Below are positions 43,431 through 58,871 of a DNA stretch of 64,000 nucleotides, piece by piece (position 1 is the first letter of the stretch; each line of letters starts with the position of its first letter). Under the pieces are notes generated by a model, which worked only from the letters and a program-made list of their open reading frames with translations, searched no databases and was not told the DNA's origin. The DNA is from Tubulanus polymorphus. Lineage: Eukaryota; Animalia; Nemertea. A program made the position numbers and the translations under genes. Location: contig NC_134025.1 in assembly GCF_964204645.1 (NCBI RefSeq), positions 6,200,001-6,264,000 of the forward strand, read 5' to 3'.

Positions 43431-45531
43431 CATTGTAGTGATACCTATGATAAACAAATCAAAGATGGTTTTCGTTCCTTAGACAACTGCAGAATTATCA
43501 AATTCAAAATTCAAACTTACAAATCAAATTGTTCGCTCCAATCTGTAGTTCATTTATCAAGGGCTTTCTATCTACGGTTTAGGTTCTCCACCAGAGTTCA
43601 ACATCAAACATAAAAGAAAGTAATGAAGATACGAATAGATGAATATTATCTGTTTCTGAAACTGATGGAGAAAACATTTAAAAGATGAAATAGACATACA
43701 CTGTTTTCACTGTTTCAGATATCAATTCTTTAGCCTATATAAAATGGTTTACACATCTACAAATGAAAACAGAGAGTATTAAAATTAATACTGGATGAAA
43801 AAAAGACTAAATACATTATAAACAATCACTGAAGAATCATTTAAGAATATATTAGGCCCACAACACAGCAACGCCAAGCCCATGATCTAAATATATCTGA
43901 ATCAGATGACCGTCAGCTCTTGAAGTTTTGGGCCCCATATTCTAAATTCCTGAATGCACCCTGGTCAGTCAATCCATCATTGGCCCTTTTTAGTTTTTCA
44001 ACTCGTCTTGCTCGACTGGTTTTCACCATGTGCGCCTAGATTCACCTCTGAAATATAATTACCCGCAATATCTAAATATCTAAGACGAAATATTCTTCAC
44101 CATTCTAACAAATATTATGAATACTTACCGAATATTGAAAAACTGAGTCCTGGAGTCTTAAAGGAGGCTGCCTTTGTTTGAAATTAGGCAAGGTTTTTTG
44201 CTTTTCGCGTTAGTTTAGCACGCCATTTTGATATTGATATTGGTATTGATATTTTGATAGTGTCTCAGATTCCCGCGCCGCCGCGCACGTCAAAATGTAC
44301 AATGTCGGTATCGAGTTTCAATCGAGGTCGAATCCTGGCAGGGGAGATCTCGTGCAGGTTTCAGAAATCATCTGTCCTCATCAGAGTTACGAACTAATGC
44401 CAAACCAACATCTGTTATTCCGGTTGCTAAAGATGTAACAGTCGGTTATCCGTTGTAGTAAAACGCTTCAAGGCCCCGCACTAAAATCAGAGATATACCT
44501 GGCCAAAACTCTGGAGAGGGTCAAAGTGAATTAACTCAATAATCCAGATGATTGGCACTGAATCCAGCCGAAAACTAGACTTTGCTAATACAATGCCCAG
44601 GGCCCGTACACAGGATTTGTTCAGGAGGGTGTTCTACTTGGGGCAAAAAGGGTCACCAAAAAGCACCCACAATGGTAGTGGCGGCGACTGTGCTATCGCG
44701 CAGGGGTGAGAAAATTGTTTATATTTCGATATCCTGCATTCATGAGCAAGGACGGATTAAAGGACTACTTGTAAAAAATGGCATTATCCACGAAAAACGA
44801 GTCTGGGGTCCTCCCCAAGAATTTTTTGAAAATTAACTGCTTTTTGGTAATATTTCCAAGCAATAATGAAGCCCTGATGCAAATTGTGCTTTCTAAGAGA
44901 TTTACTGGCATTAAGATGTACTTTCAAGGCAATAAATTAGATGAAATCCTGAAGAATGAACCTTTTTGTTGAAAAATATCTGTCTCGTAAAAATATGCAC
45001 TTTCCTACTTTTAGGATTGAAAAGATCGACTAAAAGTGCCCTTTCTTGTTTTTTTTTTGTATTGATGGACGACTGTGCCCTTTTTCTTTGAGAAAAAATG
45101 ACCTGACGTCAAGAAATTGAAAAAGGGTTCTTTCACCAAAGGGGTTCGATTCGGTGGAATTTGCGTAAACTATTAAAATCAAAGACGCGCATTTTTAGTT
45201 CACGGAAAATCAGCAGGAGAATCTTTCAGACTTCAAATTTCAAGTCATACTTGCCTAGCCACAGCGGTAAATCTTTGTAGATTCGTCATCGCATTTTTGT
45301 TCTTACATAAATCTAGAATATAATCCTACTTTCGACAGGTTTATATTGTTTAGTTCGATGAATGTGTTACTGATAATATATTTGATGTTTTGTAGTTTGA
45401 AAATATACCTGGTGAAGTACGTTCTGAACACACGTGAAGAATGGAAGATGATTTTTTTTATACATGTATAAACCAACCAACAAGAATATTCACTGTAATG
45501 ACAATTTATTGTCTAGATTTATAATAATTGT

Positions 45532-48500
45532 TTATTGTTTGCTGCTAATACGTCTGTCTCTCTCTTCAGAAATGGTCAATCTGACGCCTTTACCAGCTGG
45601 AAGGGAAACCCATGGTTTGTTTCCTTTACCGATGATGAAGATATTGTTCAACCTGGAAAAGTTAAGAAAATAATGAATAATTCATGATAACTAACGACAA
45701 AGATATCGGATAGCTATTATTGGAAGATAATTGAGGCAAGATTCCATGTACAGTAGACTCCGCTTAGACTGGAGTCCATTCACTCAGATTATCCCATGCC
45801 CCAGACGAAATGACAGCCAAACTCATCAGATCATCTACGTCATCACTATTTGTATTTCCAATTCAATTAGGATAAATCGCTAGTTATCTGAGGCTGACTG
45901 AACTACGAATTTCTTAACTCAATTGATCACAAAAATGACCCATTCCTGTTCCGGACAGCCCTGGTATTTGGCCCTGATCGGTCCTTTAGGAGGTGGGCCA
46001 AGTGGAGTCTACTGTATATTACATTACATCAATACAAAATCTGGATCCTGGACCCTTTAATCGCAAAAATTAAGATGTTATAACGAACCTAGTTGCAAAC
46101 ATATGGCCCACTGAATCCTTGACATGAACGATATCGAATGATCCTGGATGTCGCTCACGATGTGTAACTATTCCAACTCGCCCCAAGTTATGACCACCAG
46201 TTACCATACACAAGTTACCTAAAAAATTCAACATTTAAACATTTTTTAACATCACGAACACATAACAACCGTACGACGTATTTCACGTCTGGAGCCAGAA
46301 TTTATGGCGTCAGATGACACCGAAGTCCACTGTCTAGTGTTAAATAAAGAGCATTCAGGTGATCATCAATGCAATGTCATTTCTTTTGGTAATGCAAACA
46401 TGAACATCCATGCGGACAAATCGTACTCGCGACCGTAAGAAATAGTTTCATATAGGCAATAGTTTGACCATATTAGTCTAAAATGAAACTAACATGACTT
46501 CGATATGCCAACCTTAATTGAGTCCTTTTAGTTACCAATTAACTATACATAAGATCCTAATGTATTATTGCTATTGCCCTATTGTTGGGGACTTAGACTA
46601 GGTTATTTCTTATTTGGTTTTGTAATTCTAGTAATGCTATCATTCCTACTTCATCGCCTTACTCAATCCACTAACACAACTCCATTTCCATATTTTCCAT
46701 ACGATTTAAGACAACACATCCTATACTCATGGACGCCATAATTCTAACCATCCTTTGAAATGTTATATATGTCATTTCTTTTGGTAATGCAAACATGAAC
46801 ATCAATGAAGACAAATCATACTCGCGACCGTAAGAAATAGTTTCATATAGGCAATAGTTTGACCATATTAGTCTAAAATGAAACTAACATGACTTCGATA
46901 TGCCATCAATGTATCAGGGTCCCAACAGATCAAAAATTTCAAAAATTCATGGAGGCAATTAATGTAGTAGTCACCTCTTAAATCAGTACTGTTCTCAAGA
47001 ACTATTAATTTGGTGCTTTTTTGAGAAAATTTTTATCCTATACACAAGCTAAACTCGGTTTTGAATTCAATAAGTAAGAAATCCTAGACCCAACTGTTCC
47101 GATTTAGGCGTAGTAACTGTTCATCTACAAACTAGACAAAAATTTCAAATTTTTCAAATTAAAGGAGTTTCAAGTACTGTTTTGAAGGAGTTTTTAAGGA
47201 ATCAAGGAGCTGTAGGGACCCTGTATATAATATGAAGATCTTTATGTATCATTTCGATTTCTATTGTTTGAAACTAATGGATTAGGTTATTAAGTGGTTT
47301 TGTAAAATCTAGTAACGCAATCATGAAGGAGAAATTCAGATCGCGACAATGTTACTAGAATTTCATTAAATCTACGCCCTCGTTTGAGCCAACAAGTAGT
47401 CGCAGTACATAAGTTAGCTTCAGTAAGAGCACCATTCCTGCTTCATTGAGTCTATTACAAAATAAATATACATGCTTCCATTTCCATACATTTTAACATG
47501 ATTGAAGACAGCACAGCGCTGTACTCATGAACCCCTAACTTTCAACAATCCCTTCATCTTTCATTTAAGCCTTCAGCAACAATAATATCATTGACGATAA
47601 GTTAAATAAATATATGTCATTTCTTTTGGTAATGCAAACATGAACATCCATGCGGACAAATCATACTCGCGACCGTAAGAAATAGTATCATATAGGCAAT
47701 AGTTTGACCATATTAGGCTAAAATGAAACTAACATGACTTCGATATGCCATAAATGTATGATTGATGAAACAACCAAACACTACAATTCAAAATCACCTC
47801 CTTAACGAACAACAGTTAAGCAAAGATAGAGGGAAGTTCTCTCCGATTGATACAATGTCGGTTAAAGGGCTGCTTCTTACCGGACTCGAATTTGATGAAA
47901 TCTCGAATCTTTCCAGTACCGATGTCTAATTGAACTGTGTCGTTGACTTTGATAAGCGGATCCTGGTATCGGATTGTACGTCCATCGTGAGTCACAATAA
48001 ACGGTACACCTTTCGGCGCTACACCGACTTTCTTTACCTTACACAACTTGTACTAAAACGGGACAAATAATTCATTTTGCTCAATAATTGATTGAACGCC
48101 AATCAAAAATGAAAAGCAGAGCAGCGTTTTAAGTCAATGACTAACTTTAGACTCTTCAGCCGTAATACGATGAACAGCGAATCTTCCTTTAACATCATAG
48201 ATCAATCTGAAGTATTCATTCGTTTTCTCGATCGAGATGACATCTAAAACAAACAGTTACATTCATTTACCTACATGCATCGTAGGACAATATTAGATCA
48301 TTGTGAACATGACTGATAAATTTGGACACCTACCCATATATCCGGTAGGGTAAGTTTTATCTGTTCGTACTTTCCCGTCGATCTTGACAAGGCGCTGCAT
48401 GACGATCTTCTGGGTTTCGTCGTATGTAAGGGCATACTTCAATCTGTTTCGCAGGAAAATACACAACGGCAAACATTCCCGACTTTTGTGCGGACCACAA

Positions 48501-49015
48501 CTTGGTTTTGGAGCCTACCAAATCATAAAAACATAGATCTCTCTTAAATATAGATCCTAGAAGTGAAGGCAAACAATCGATTCCGGTTTAATAGATTAGA
48601 TCTCTAACTTCGAAAGGTGGCAAGAGATTTTTCAATCGGAAAACAACGATCAACAAATATCGAAATCGAATTTCCAACATATTCATTTATAAGATACTTA
48701 CAAAAGTTCCCCCAAGCTTGTCCAGCATCCAATGCTTGGGTGCGCGAAGACGCTTCAAATGTTTCTTGGGACCTCTGGCCTAAAAACAGAAAACGATGTT
48801 AGAATTCGGTACTTCCTGGTTAGCCGCATCGCATGCCAAGTAAAATCAATTCGGTCATTCCACTTGAGATCGCGGACATTCCGGCAGTAAAAACATGTAA
48901 ACATTAGAAATAATCAATTGCGTTTCATTTGTACAATAAAAAACTTATATCGCCCTTGGGTTCAAGCGATGAAAGCGGATAAAAAGCAAATATTTCTAAA
49001 AATTTTACCCACCAT
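45532..49015 (-). CDS. RPS4: 40S ribosomal protein S4 (eS4), 7 coding exons
   Basis: ATG 49013-49015|[24 protein letters not shown]|[17 protein letters not shown]..|..[12 protein letters not shown]..|[20 protein letters not shown]|[20 protein letters not shown]. Confidence 0.98.
45751..46014. mobile_element. Tc1/mariner (pogo/Tigger-like) MITE in RPS4 intron 6
   Basis: TIR cagtagactcc.ctt / aagtggagtctactg with TA on both flanks. Confidence 0.8.
46372..46510 (-). ncRNA. SNORA16: H/ACA snoRNA, SNORA16/snR46-like, copy 1
   Basis: Hairpin-AUAUGA (H box)-hairpin-ACA; 5' pocket AUAUCGAAG/UCAAA pairs with LSU rRNA UUUGA-U-C-CUUCGAUGU, 14 nt from the H box; sense to the host gene. Confidence 0.85.
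46767..46905 (-). ncRNA. SNORA16: H/ACA snoRNA, SNORA16/snR46-like, copy 2
   Basis: Near-identical to copy 1; boxes and pockets intact; differences in the 3' hairpin apex. Confidence 0.85.
46915..47223. mobile_element. MITE between snoRNA copies 2 and 3
   Basis: TIR cagggtcccaacag / ctgtagggaccctg. Confidence 0.7.
47612..47750 (-). ncRNA. SNORA16: H/ACA snoRNA, SNORA16/snR46-like, copy 3
   Basis: Near-identical to copy 1; H and ACA boxes intact. Confidence 0.85.
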
Positions 49016-49281
49016 CTTGGCTGGTCGCTATAAAAGAGGAAGTGAATGAGTGATCCCGAAATGCATTGTCCGCACCATCTACGAAATCCGAGGTTGACAC
49101 GACGAACAACTGTTTTTCTCAATGCCAGAAGAGAAAACTTGTTCTGGAAAATTTAATTTCAATATTTTTCTTATTTATTATAGAAATAATATTTCGATAA
49201 TGTTTTGACGTCTTCGATCACTTTTTCGAATGACTATCGAAACCAAAATGTCGGTACTCGGTATTTCCCTCGAACCAGGAA
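49016..49281. promoter_or_regulatory. RPS4/MTF1 bidirectional promoter; TCT/5'-TOP start of RPS4
   Basis: Minus strand cacttcctctttt at ~49032-49044 just upstream of the RPS4 ATG; divergent MTF1 ATG at 49282. Confidence 0.7.
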
Positions 49282-52231
<2,950 letters not shown>

Positions 52232-55103
52232 TATTGCCATGACAACCGTATTTATTAATCCGATTCTAGCTAGTTTCATTGTTGTTCATGAACGTGTTAG
52301 TCATAGACTTTTCTAGGAACATTTATCATGTATTTTGTTTTTGTTATACATCATCAGAACTAACAGGGTTCAAAGCGGTCATTGAAAGACATGAAATGGG
52401 AATGGGTCAATTGAAGGCCTTGAAAGTCATTGAATTGCCTCTAAGGTCATTGATTCATGGTCACGGTCATTAATAGCGAGCTACCTTACAGAGTAGATTT
52501 TGAAGTTATTAGTCACAGATAATCTATAGCTAAAGCATTATCAGATCTGATCATTGTATTGTTAGGTCTAGTTCACACTCAAATTATCTCAACTACAATG
52601 AAGACAATGATTCTGTCTGGTCAATGCAAATATAGGCTAATTGCTACACACTGTCTAATTGATATTCCAATTGAATGTAATTTGCTATAGGCAAACAGTT
52701 AAGCATGATCCATGAGTGGCCTTCTTTTGTTCTCTTGACTCTTCTGATGTTTCAATTGATTTTTCATTTGAAATTAGCAGTGGTGACAAATTAATTAATT
52801 ATTGCTGAGACAAATTTTCAAATGGCTTTAACTAGATCAGTCATTAGTTATCATCTGCAGGTCAAAGTTACAAGGTCACTGTTACAGCTCTTAAAATCTA
52901 CTGATTATAAGAATCAATGGAAAATGGAAATGTCGATTTCAGGATTCTTGGCTTAAAGGCTGACTTATGTCAACAAGCAACGCGACGCCTATCGACGCAA
53001 CTGGGTTTATTGCCGATTAGCGGCAACTAGCGGCCTATGCAACATCGACTCCTACCGTCTCGTCGCAAGCCGTATCCGGCTAGTTGCCCATTTTCTACTC
53101 CGGCCTGCAGTAGGCGGACAGTTGCTTTCGATCGCAACCGACATAAGCTCATCTGCGACGCGACGGAACTGAGCGCAAGGGTTCCAGCCAATAAGAGACC
53201 GCATATACATAGTACAAATTATGTCCGCTACTTAGCGTCATTCGTAATTAGTCATAAACTTTCAAATTCAAGTATTTCGAAATGTAAACCAAACCTTCAG
53301 CACCGCAGATGACTGGACCGAAGAGAAAGTGATGGAATGATACTGGTCATGGAGACTATGAACCCTGCACTAATTTCCGTCAGTATATGAACTGAAGGTA
53401 TTGAATATTTTACAAATGTCACCCTTTCAAAATAAAATGAAAGCATTTTCAGGTAGATATGGAGGATTTGATTTTTTTCTGAATTGACTGACCAAATTGA
53501 CTGACCTCCGTAAGCCTAACTTTTTTATTAGATATATAAACTTATTCCAAGCTTTGTGTATATGTTTCAAACGGCTTGGAACTCTTATTGTACTGGTAGT
53601 TTGAGATTGGTTCAGGTGCTAATACAGTAGTTTTGGTTAGTTAAATGTAAATGTGATTTAAATGCTCAAATTTTAAAAGATGCCTTGAATCGAAACAGAA
53701 TATACAACTTAAAATGTCTTTGATGTCATATTAATATGGACGATCAATTATTGTATTTAACATCAGTCAACTGCCGATGACACTGTATCTACTATTGTCC
53801 CTTCAAAATAACTTGTAGCTGATCATTCTTTTATTGCTGCTTGATATTTCTAATCTGGCGATGGTAATGACATTGTTCGTGGTAATAGTCCGAGCCATTA
53901 CTTATGAAGTTTAGGCAATGTTACTACCGTGTAAACTTGGAATAATTGGGACCATAAAATTTTGTTTGGGGAATGCGAGTCAGATTGTTTAAAGTATTGA
54001 ATTGCTTTTCTAAGATTTTATTTGAGCTAAGTGGAGCAAGACTAAGTTTACTGCATAACAAGCTGGAAGAAAGATCTTGGCGGCCATATCAGATAATACA
54101 TGTATTCAGTACATGTACCGGTACCTTAACTTCAACTGGTTTCCATAGCCTTTGCTTTTAGAAGTTTCAAATGCGTATCTGCTTTTGGGATCTTTAGTAA
54201 TAGTTTTAAGCGGCCTTTTAGTTGTATAAAGGAGTTTTAAAAACACAAACTTAACATATGATTATGAATATCTTGTTATTGTATCTACTAGTGAATTAGT
54301 TTATTTTTGTAAAAAAGCAATTAAAATCATTATGTCTAGTCAGTTGTCAACATCGTTTTGATGACTAGTGGTACTTACGTGCTCTGTTCTGCCCAGGGCT
54401 AGGTTTCGCGAAGTTGTGATTTGAAAAGAATGTTTTGAATAATTGAGAAAAAAATTCACAATTTAACCAGAGATAATATCCATGGTTTACTGTTGTGATG
54501 TAACCGTTTCGAGTATTTCTTAGTTAAAGTTGGCCCTGTGTGCGTACATTGTATCTTCCTACTTGGTATAATATGTATCATAACATATCAGTTGCATAAT
54601 TAACAACTGTTTGTCTTCAGTATTATACTATATTTCTCAAACATCTAAGGGAAATCACCTAGTGGTTAGTACAAAATCGTATTGATGTTGTGCAACGAAT
54701 CGTGCAATGTATTCTTGAAGCATGTTCTACTGTGTAGAACTGTTTTATCTTTGATTTATTAATCATAATAAATTATGATCTTAGTAAATATCCTCGTAAA
54801 TTGTAGTTTTCTTAGTTTGGTGTTCAAAGAAACTTAATCTATGCTCAGTTGCGCCACGTCAGTGATCTTCCGCATGAATTCATCTTGCATATTGAATACT
54901 AACCAGGCAGAAACGATATTGTTTTTAAAATATTGTATTTTTACATTTATTACTAATCATTAATATAAACAATCAACACTTTGTTCATTATGAAATGCGA
55001 TATTGCAGTTATTCAGTTTAACCAAATGGTGGGGTATGAAGATCAGATAAGTCCAGCTCTCAAAAACCTGCCTTGGGCCAATGGCAACATGAAAACCTTT
55101 AAA

Positions 55104-57732
55104 TTATGCAGCTGCTTCATTGTCAAGGTTCATGAAGAGAGCGAGTGGACAATGATCACTGCCATAAACATCTGTCCTAATTATTTGGTCGCACAAGTTT
55201 GGTACCAATCGCTTCGACAGGACGAAATAGTCTAAACGCCTGAAAAAACAGAAATAATTCTAAGGAAATCAGAACAAAGCATATTACTATTAGAAATGAA
55301 AAAAAGTCCCACCATAGAATTCTATACTATGAGTAAAAAAGTCCAACAATTTTATGAAATAAGATTTTGAAGATTTATCATAAGAAAACCATAACGTTTT
55401 GGCTGTTCAATAATATCCATCATCATCAGGTGGTCACCACCCCACGTTATGGCTTCGTTTTAATAAATCTTCAAAATTTTATCACATAAAATTCTTGTAC
55501 TTTTTTATTCATCTACATTGATGCGGACAAAAATGTTTTATTCGACGAACACTACATGTTTTGTCATGCTGACTAAGTAGTGTAATACCATATTATCTTA
55601 AGGTCTATTGAATAATATGTTTGAAACGTACCATCCTGTATTCTTAGCTCGAGCGTTCATCATGTAAGTCCAGAATGAGTAAATATCTGTTTTATCAGGG
55701 TAAAGATGTCTGAAACTATCGACAAAACCATCATCCAGAAAATTACCAAAACTTTCTCGTTCCTGTGGCGTGAAACCTGCTGTCTTCTTGTTCGTTTTTG
55801 GATTCTTTAAATCTGTAGAGATCATGTAACATAAGGTATGAAGTATATTTCTTCATCTGGAGGAGAATCAAACAGTTTCAAACTGATACCACAACGGTAG
55901 AGGATTCGTACCTATTTCCTGATGGGCTACATTCAGATCTCCGCACCAAATAATTGGTTTCTTCTTATCGAGCTCTTTGAGGTATGCAAAAAAGTCTTTA
56001 TCCCATTCCTTAGTACGGTAATCCAATCTCACCAGTCCTTTACCGGAGTTAGGTATATCTGTAATGAACCGAGTTATAGAAAGATGAATATTTGAGTAGC
56101 TTAAAACAGTAAGTCTCCAGCTTCCCTGATAGCGATGACTATTGAAAAGGGTATTTTCAGAATATTCGCAAATATACAAGAAAGCTGCTTCTATCAACAT
56201 CAAATTTTCAATTAACGCATTAACAAAGACTAGAAGGAGATTAAGAAGATGCCAACAACATCTAGGCCTATAGTGTTTCAAAAAGCAGTCATATTTTCTG
56301 GAAGCTAGTATTTCTAGTTGCTGACTGTATTTACATGAACCGATCAAGTAGAATTTTTCATATTCAGCTGTAATTACTCGGCCTTCTTCATCATGCTTAT
56401 CGATTCCTGTAATAAAGAAACTTAAAATCATCACTTCTGTCAAACCTACAAGATCAATGCAATCATGATTTCCCCCATAAACTAGATATGAATTTGACTG
56501 ATAATAAATTCACATCAATCTCTATTTCACTAACAATACATAATACATGTAGCTTATATGCATTAATTTACCTATTCCAAAGGTGACATTGATGGGTTTA
56601 ATTTTACTAAGTAAACCAGTTCCCGCATATCCTTCTTGCTTAGCGGATGACCAATACGAGTGGTAACCATCAATTTTACAATCATCGGGAATTTTCTCCT
56701 CACTGCATTTAGTTTCTTGAAGGCAGATTACATCTGGGTCTTCTGCTGTGATATAAGATTGGCCGTTTTTCTGGAAGAAAATTTTTTAAAAGTTGTCTAA
56801 TCTTTTTCTAGGGTGTGTATAATTAATTGATTCATCAAAATCCAATATTCACCTCAACCCAAGCTCGAATTCCATTAACGTTCCACGAAGCTATTTTGAG
56901 ATTCCACGGTTTTCCTTCTGGTGTTTTAGACTCGCATGAAAAGTCGAGTTCGGTCACATCGGGAATTTTTTTCTGAACCTGAAAATCAGAAAATCAAATT
57001 TTCATTCTGAGCATACTTCATAGAAGCCATATTAGATTTATGAAAACGAAACCAAGAATAAGATAAGATATGGATACAGACACACGCACACACACGCACC
57101 TTTTTGCTACTTTTCTTATCTCCAGCTTCATTCTAAATAATACATAACACGTAATAATCATGAATGGTTATATAAAACACGAATGCACTAGATTTCTAAC
57201 ATGTAGGTAAATAAAAGCCATCACACATAAACAGCAAACATTATTACCAGGATTCAATGATAGCTATATACATATACAAACATACAAAAAGCTAACCCTA
57301 CATAAGTAACCAATAAACTATCTACAGCTTGAAAGTGAGTGAAAAGTTGTAAGTTACCTCAGCCTTTGCTTTCTTTGCTGGACTAGTAGCATCCCCAGCT
57401 TCACTTGTATCAGCTAACTTTTTCTATAACCAGAAAAACTAATCAATAATAAGTATTAAGTCATTCTTCAATGACAATGAACTTGTAATTTAAGTCAAAT
57501 TCCTTTGCAAACAAGTGATTTCTGAGCGATCGAGCTTGTATCAATCAAACAGGGTCGTGTTAATAAGGTAATCAAGTAACTAAAAATGAATACAACATTA
57601 ATTTGACTGCGGTGTTACCTGTCGTTTAGGCATGTTGGTGTAAGCTGTTACTCGAATCTGAAGAAGTGAGGATGAAGAGACAGGACGGCGAAGAAAGAAC
57701 CGACCGATGCTTTGTCTTATCAATGCTGCCAT
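55104..57732 (-). CDS. APEX1: AP endonuclease 1 (ExoIII family), two in-frame starts (57732 and 57633)
   Basis: MPKR; [14 protein letters not shown]; CLQETK; EGYAGTGLL; [10 protein letters not shown]; PNSG; [13 protein letters not shown]; AGFTPQER; WRLDYF; GSDHCP; TAA 55104-55106. Confidence 0.96.
55329..55512 (-). mobile_element. Palindromic Penelope-like remnant with decayed hammerhead core (APEX1 last intron)
   Basis: ~68-bp inverted arms; loop on - strand ACCAC-CUGAUGA..AGCC-aAAAC-GUU-aUGGU. Confidence 0.6.
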
Positions 57733-57779
57733 CTAACGGGTATCTACCAAACATCGGCTATTGTTGACGCCAAATCAAG

Positions 57780-58871
57780 ATGTCAGCCTCCAGGTTGCCG
57801 CCAGCGGCGATGAATTTAAAACAGGTTTCTTAAGAGGTTTTCTTACGCATCATTAACTTTAACGCACCTTTTACGTTTCAATCGTAGACATACTTGTGTT
57901 TGCTAGCATATTTGCGTGTTGCCATACTGCATCTTTGCTTTGGAAGGGTTTAAAGTGTCAAAAATGTATCCACCCGGACGTCAAATTCAAATACAAATAA
58001 ACTTTATTGTTCTAGTTGTATTACATATACTCTGTCGGATTTCTTACAATAAAGTACACGGAACAATGAGAGGGTGATTGGCAATTGAATATAAGATACG
58101 ATAACATAGATACATGATTTTGAACGCGCTGTTGTTTATAAATAAATTTTCAGTTACATCAAAAAATGAGAGAATTGCAATCCAAATGTGTTGTAATTTG
58201 GCTCACTAATTAACGAAGTAGAATAATGAGGTGAGGTCACATCTGGCGCTGAGACCAGGGTCGTGTTCCAGACAGTATCCTTCTTCTTAATTACTATCCT
58301 TTGTTGGCAGCTCGATTACAAGCAATGACTTGCAAGATTTCTCAGAATCATTATCTATTACTAATTCCTTATTATGGTAGTCTTCGGTTTCTGTTAGTCA
58401 CATCATTAATAAGGCTTTTTCTTGATCCTTTATCAGTTCAGTACCAATATGAATATTATCTTGCATTTCAGTTTATGCTGCGTCAGGAAGTTTTGAAATT
58501 GTATAGAGAAATCATGAGAACCATCAGAACAGTACAACATGAAGAATACCGAGTGGAATTAAACACATGGGCCCGAAGTGATTTCAAGAAATGGAAAAAT
58601 TTGACCAGTGAGGTAATTATTTGTTGATTTAATGATAATGATCTCTATTGCTATGTTATTTTCTATTTGCCTGATATATGATATATGAGCTGGTGATGAC
58701 TAAAACTGTAGCCAATAACTAAACCTATTAAACTGTCAACTCTGAAGGACTCTAACCTTAATGACTGTTGACAAAATATGAATTTATTTTTAGGAGGATA
58801 TAAAAGCGCGATTGTTACAAGGACGTAAACAACTTAAGGAATTGACTGATGCCCTAAATCTTTCGCGGTGA
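57780..58871 (+). CDS. LYRM2: LYR motif-containing protein 2 (3 exons)
   Basis: MSASRLPPAAMNLKQ|FMLRQEVLKLYREIMRTIR..WARSDFK..|EDIKARLLQGRKQLKELTDALNLSR*. Confidence 0.9.

Larger units (their letters stand above)
33190..44270 (-). ncRNA. Putative multi-exon long non-coding RNA or heavily decayed pseudogene
   Basis: More than 12 short segments bounded by minus-strand polypyrimidine-AG and GTRAG sites; candidate first exon ending ~44129 (gtaagt) with YY1-like CAAAATGGCG at 44221-44230; some exons (e.g. 33738-33965) have stops in all frames. Boundaries approximate. Confidence 0.5.

Noticed and set aside
44325-44390. Minus-strand CUGAUGA..GAAAC hammerhead-like motif next to a plus-strand B-box-like gtcgaatcc
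   Set aside because: Stem II weak, no clean NUH triplet or stem I; probably a SINE remnant.
49016-49281. MTF1 autoregulation via metal response elements
   Set aside because: No TGCRCNC seen in the promoter; scattered matches elsewhere are expected by chance.
52364-53369. Possible 1-kb TIR element in the MTF1 3' region, including ORF 53037-53312
   Set aside because: TIR match limited to ~9 bp (cagggttca/tgaaccctg) and the ORF has no recognisable motif.
56880-56900. APEX1 lacks the redox Cys65 equivalent (KIASWN)
   Set aside because: Normal for non-mammalian APE1.
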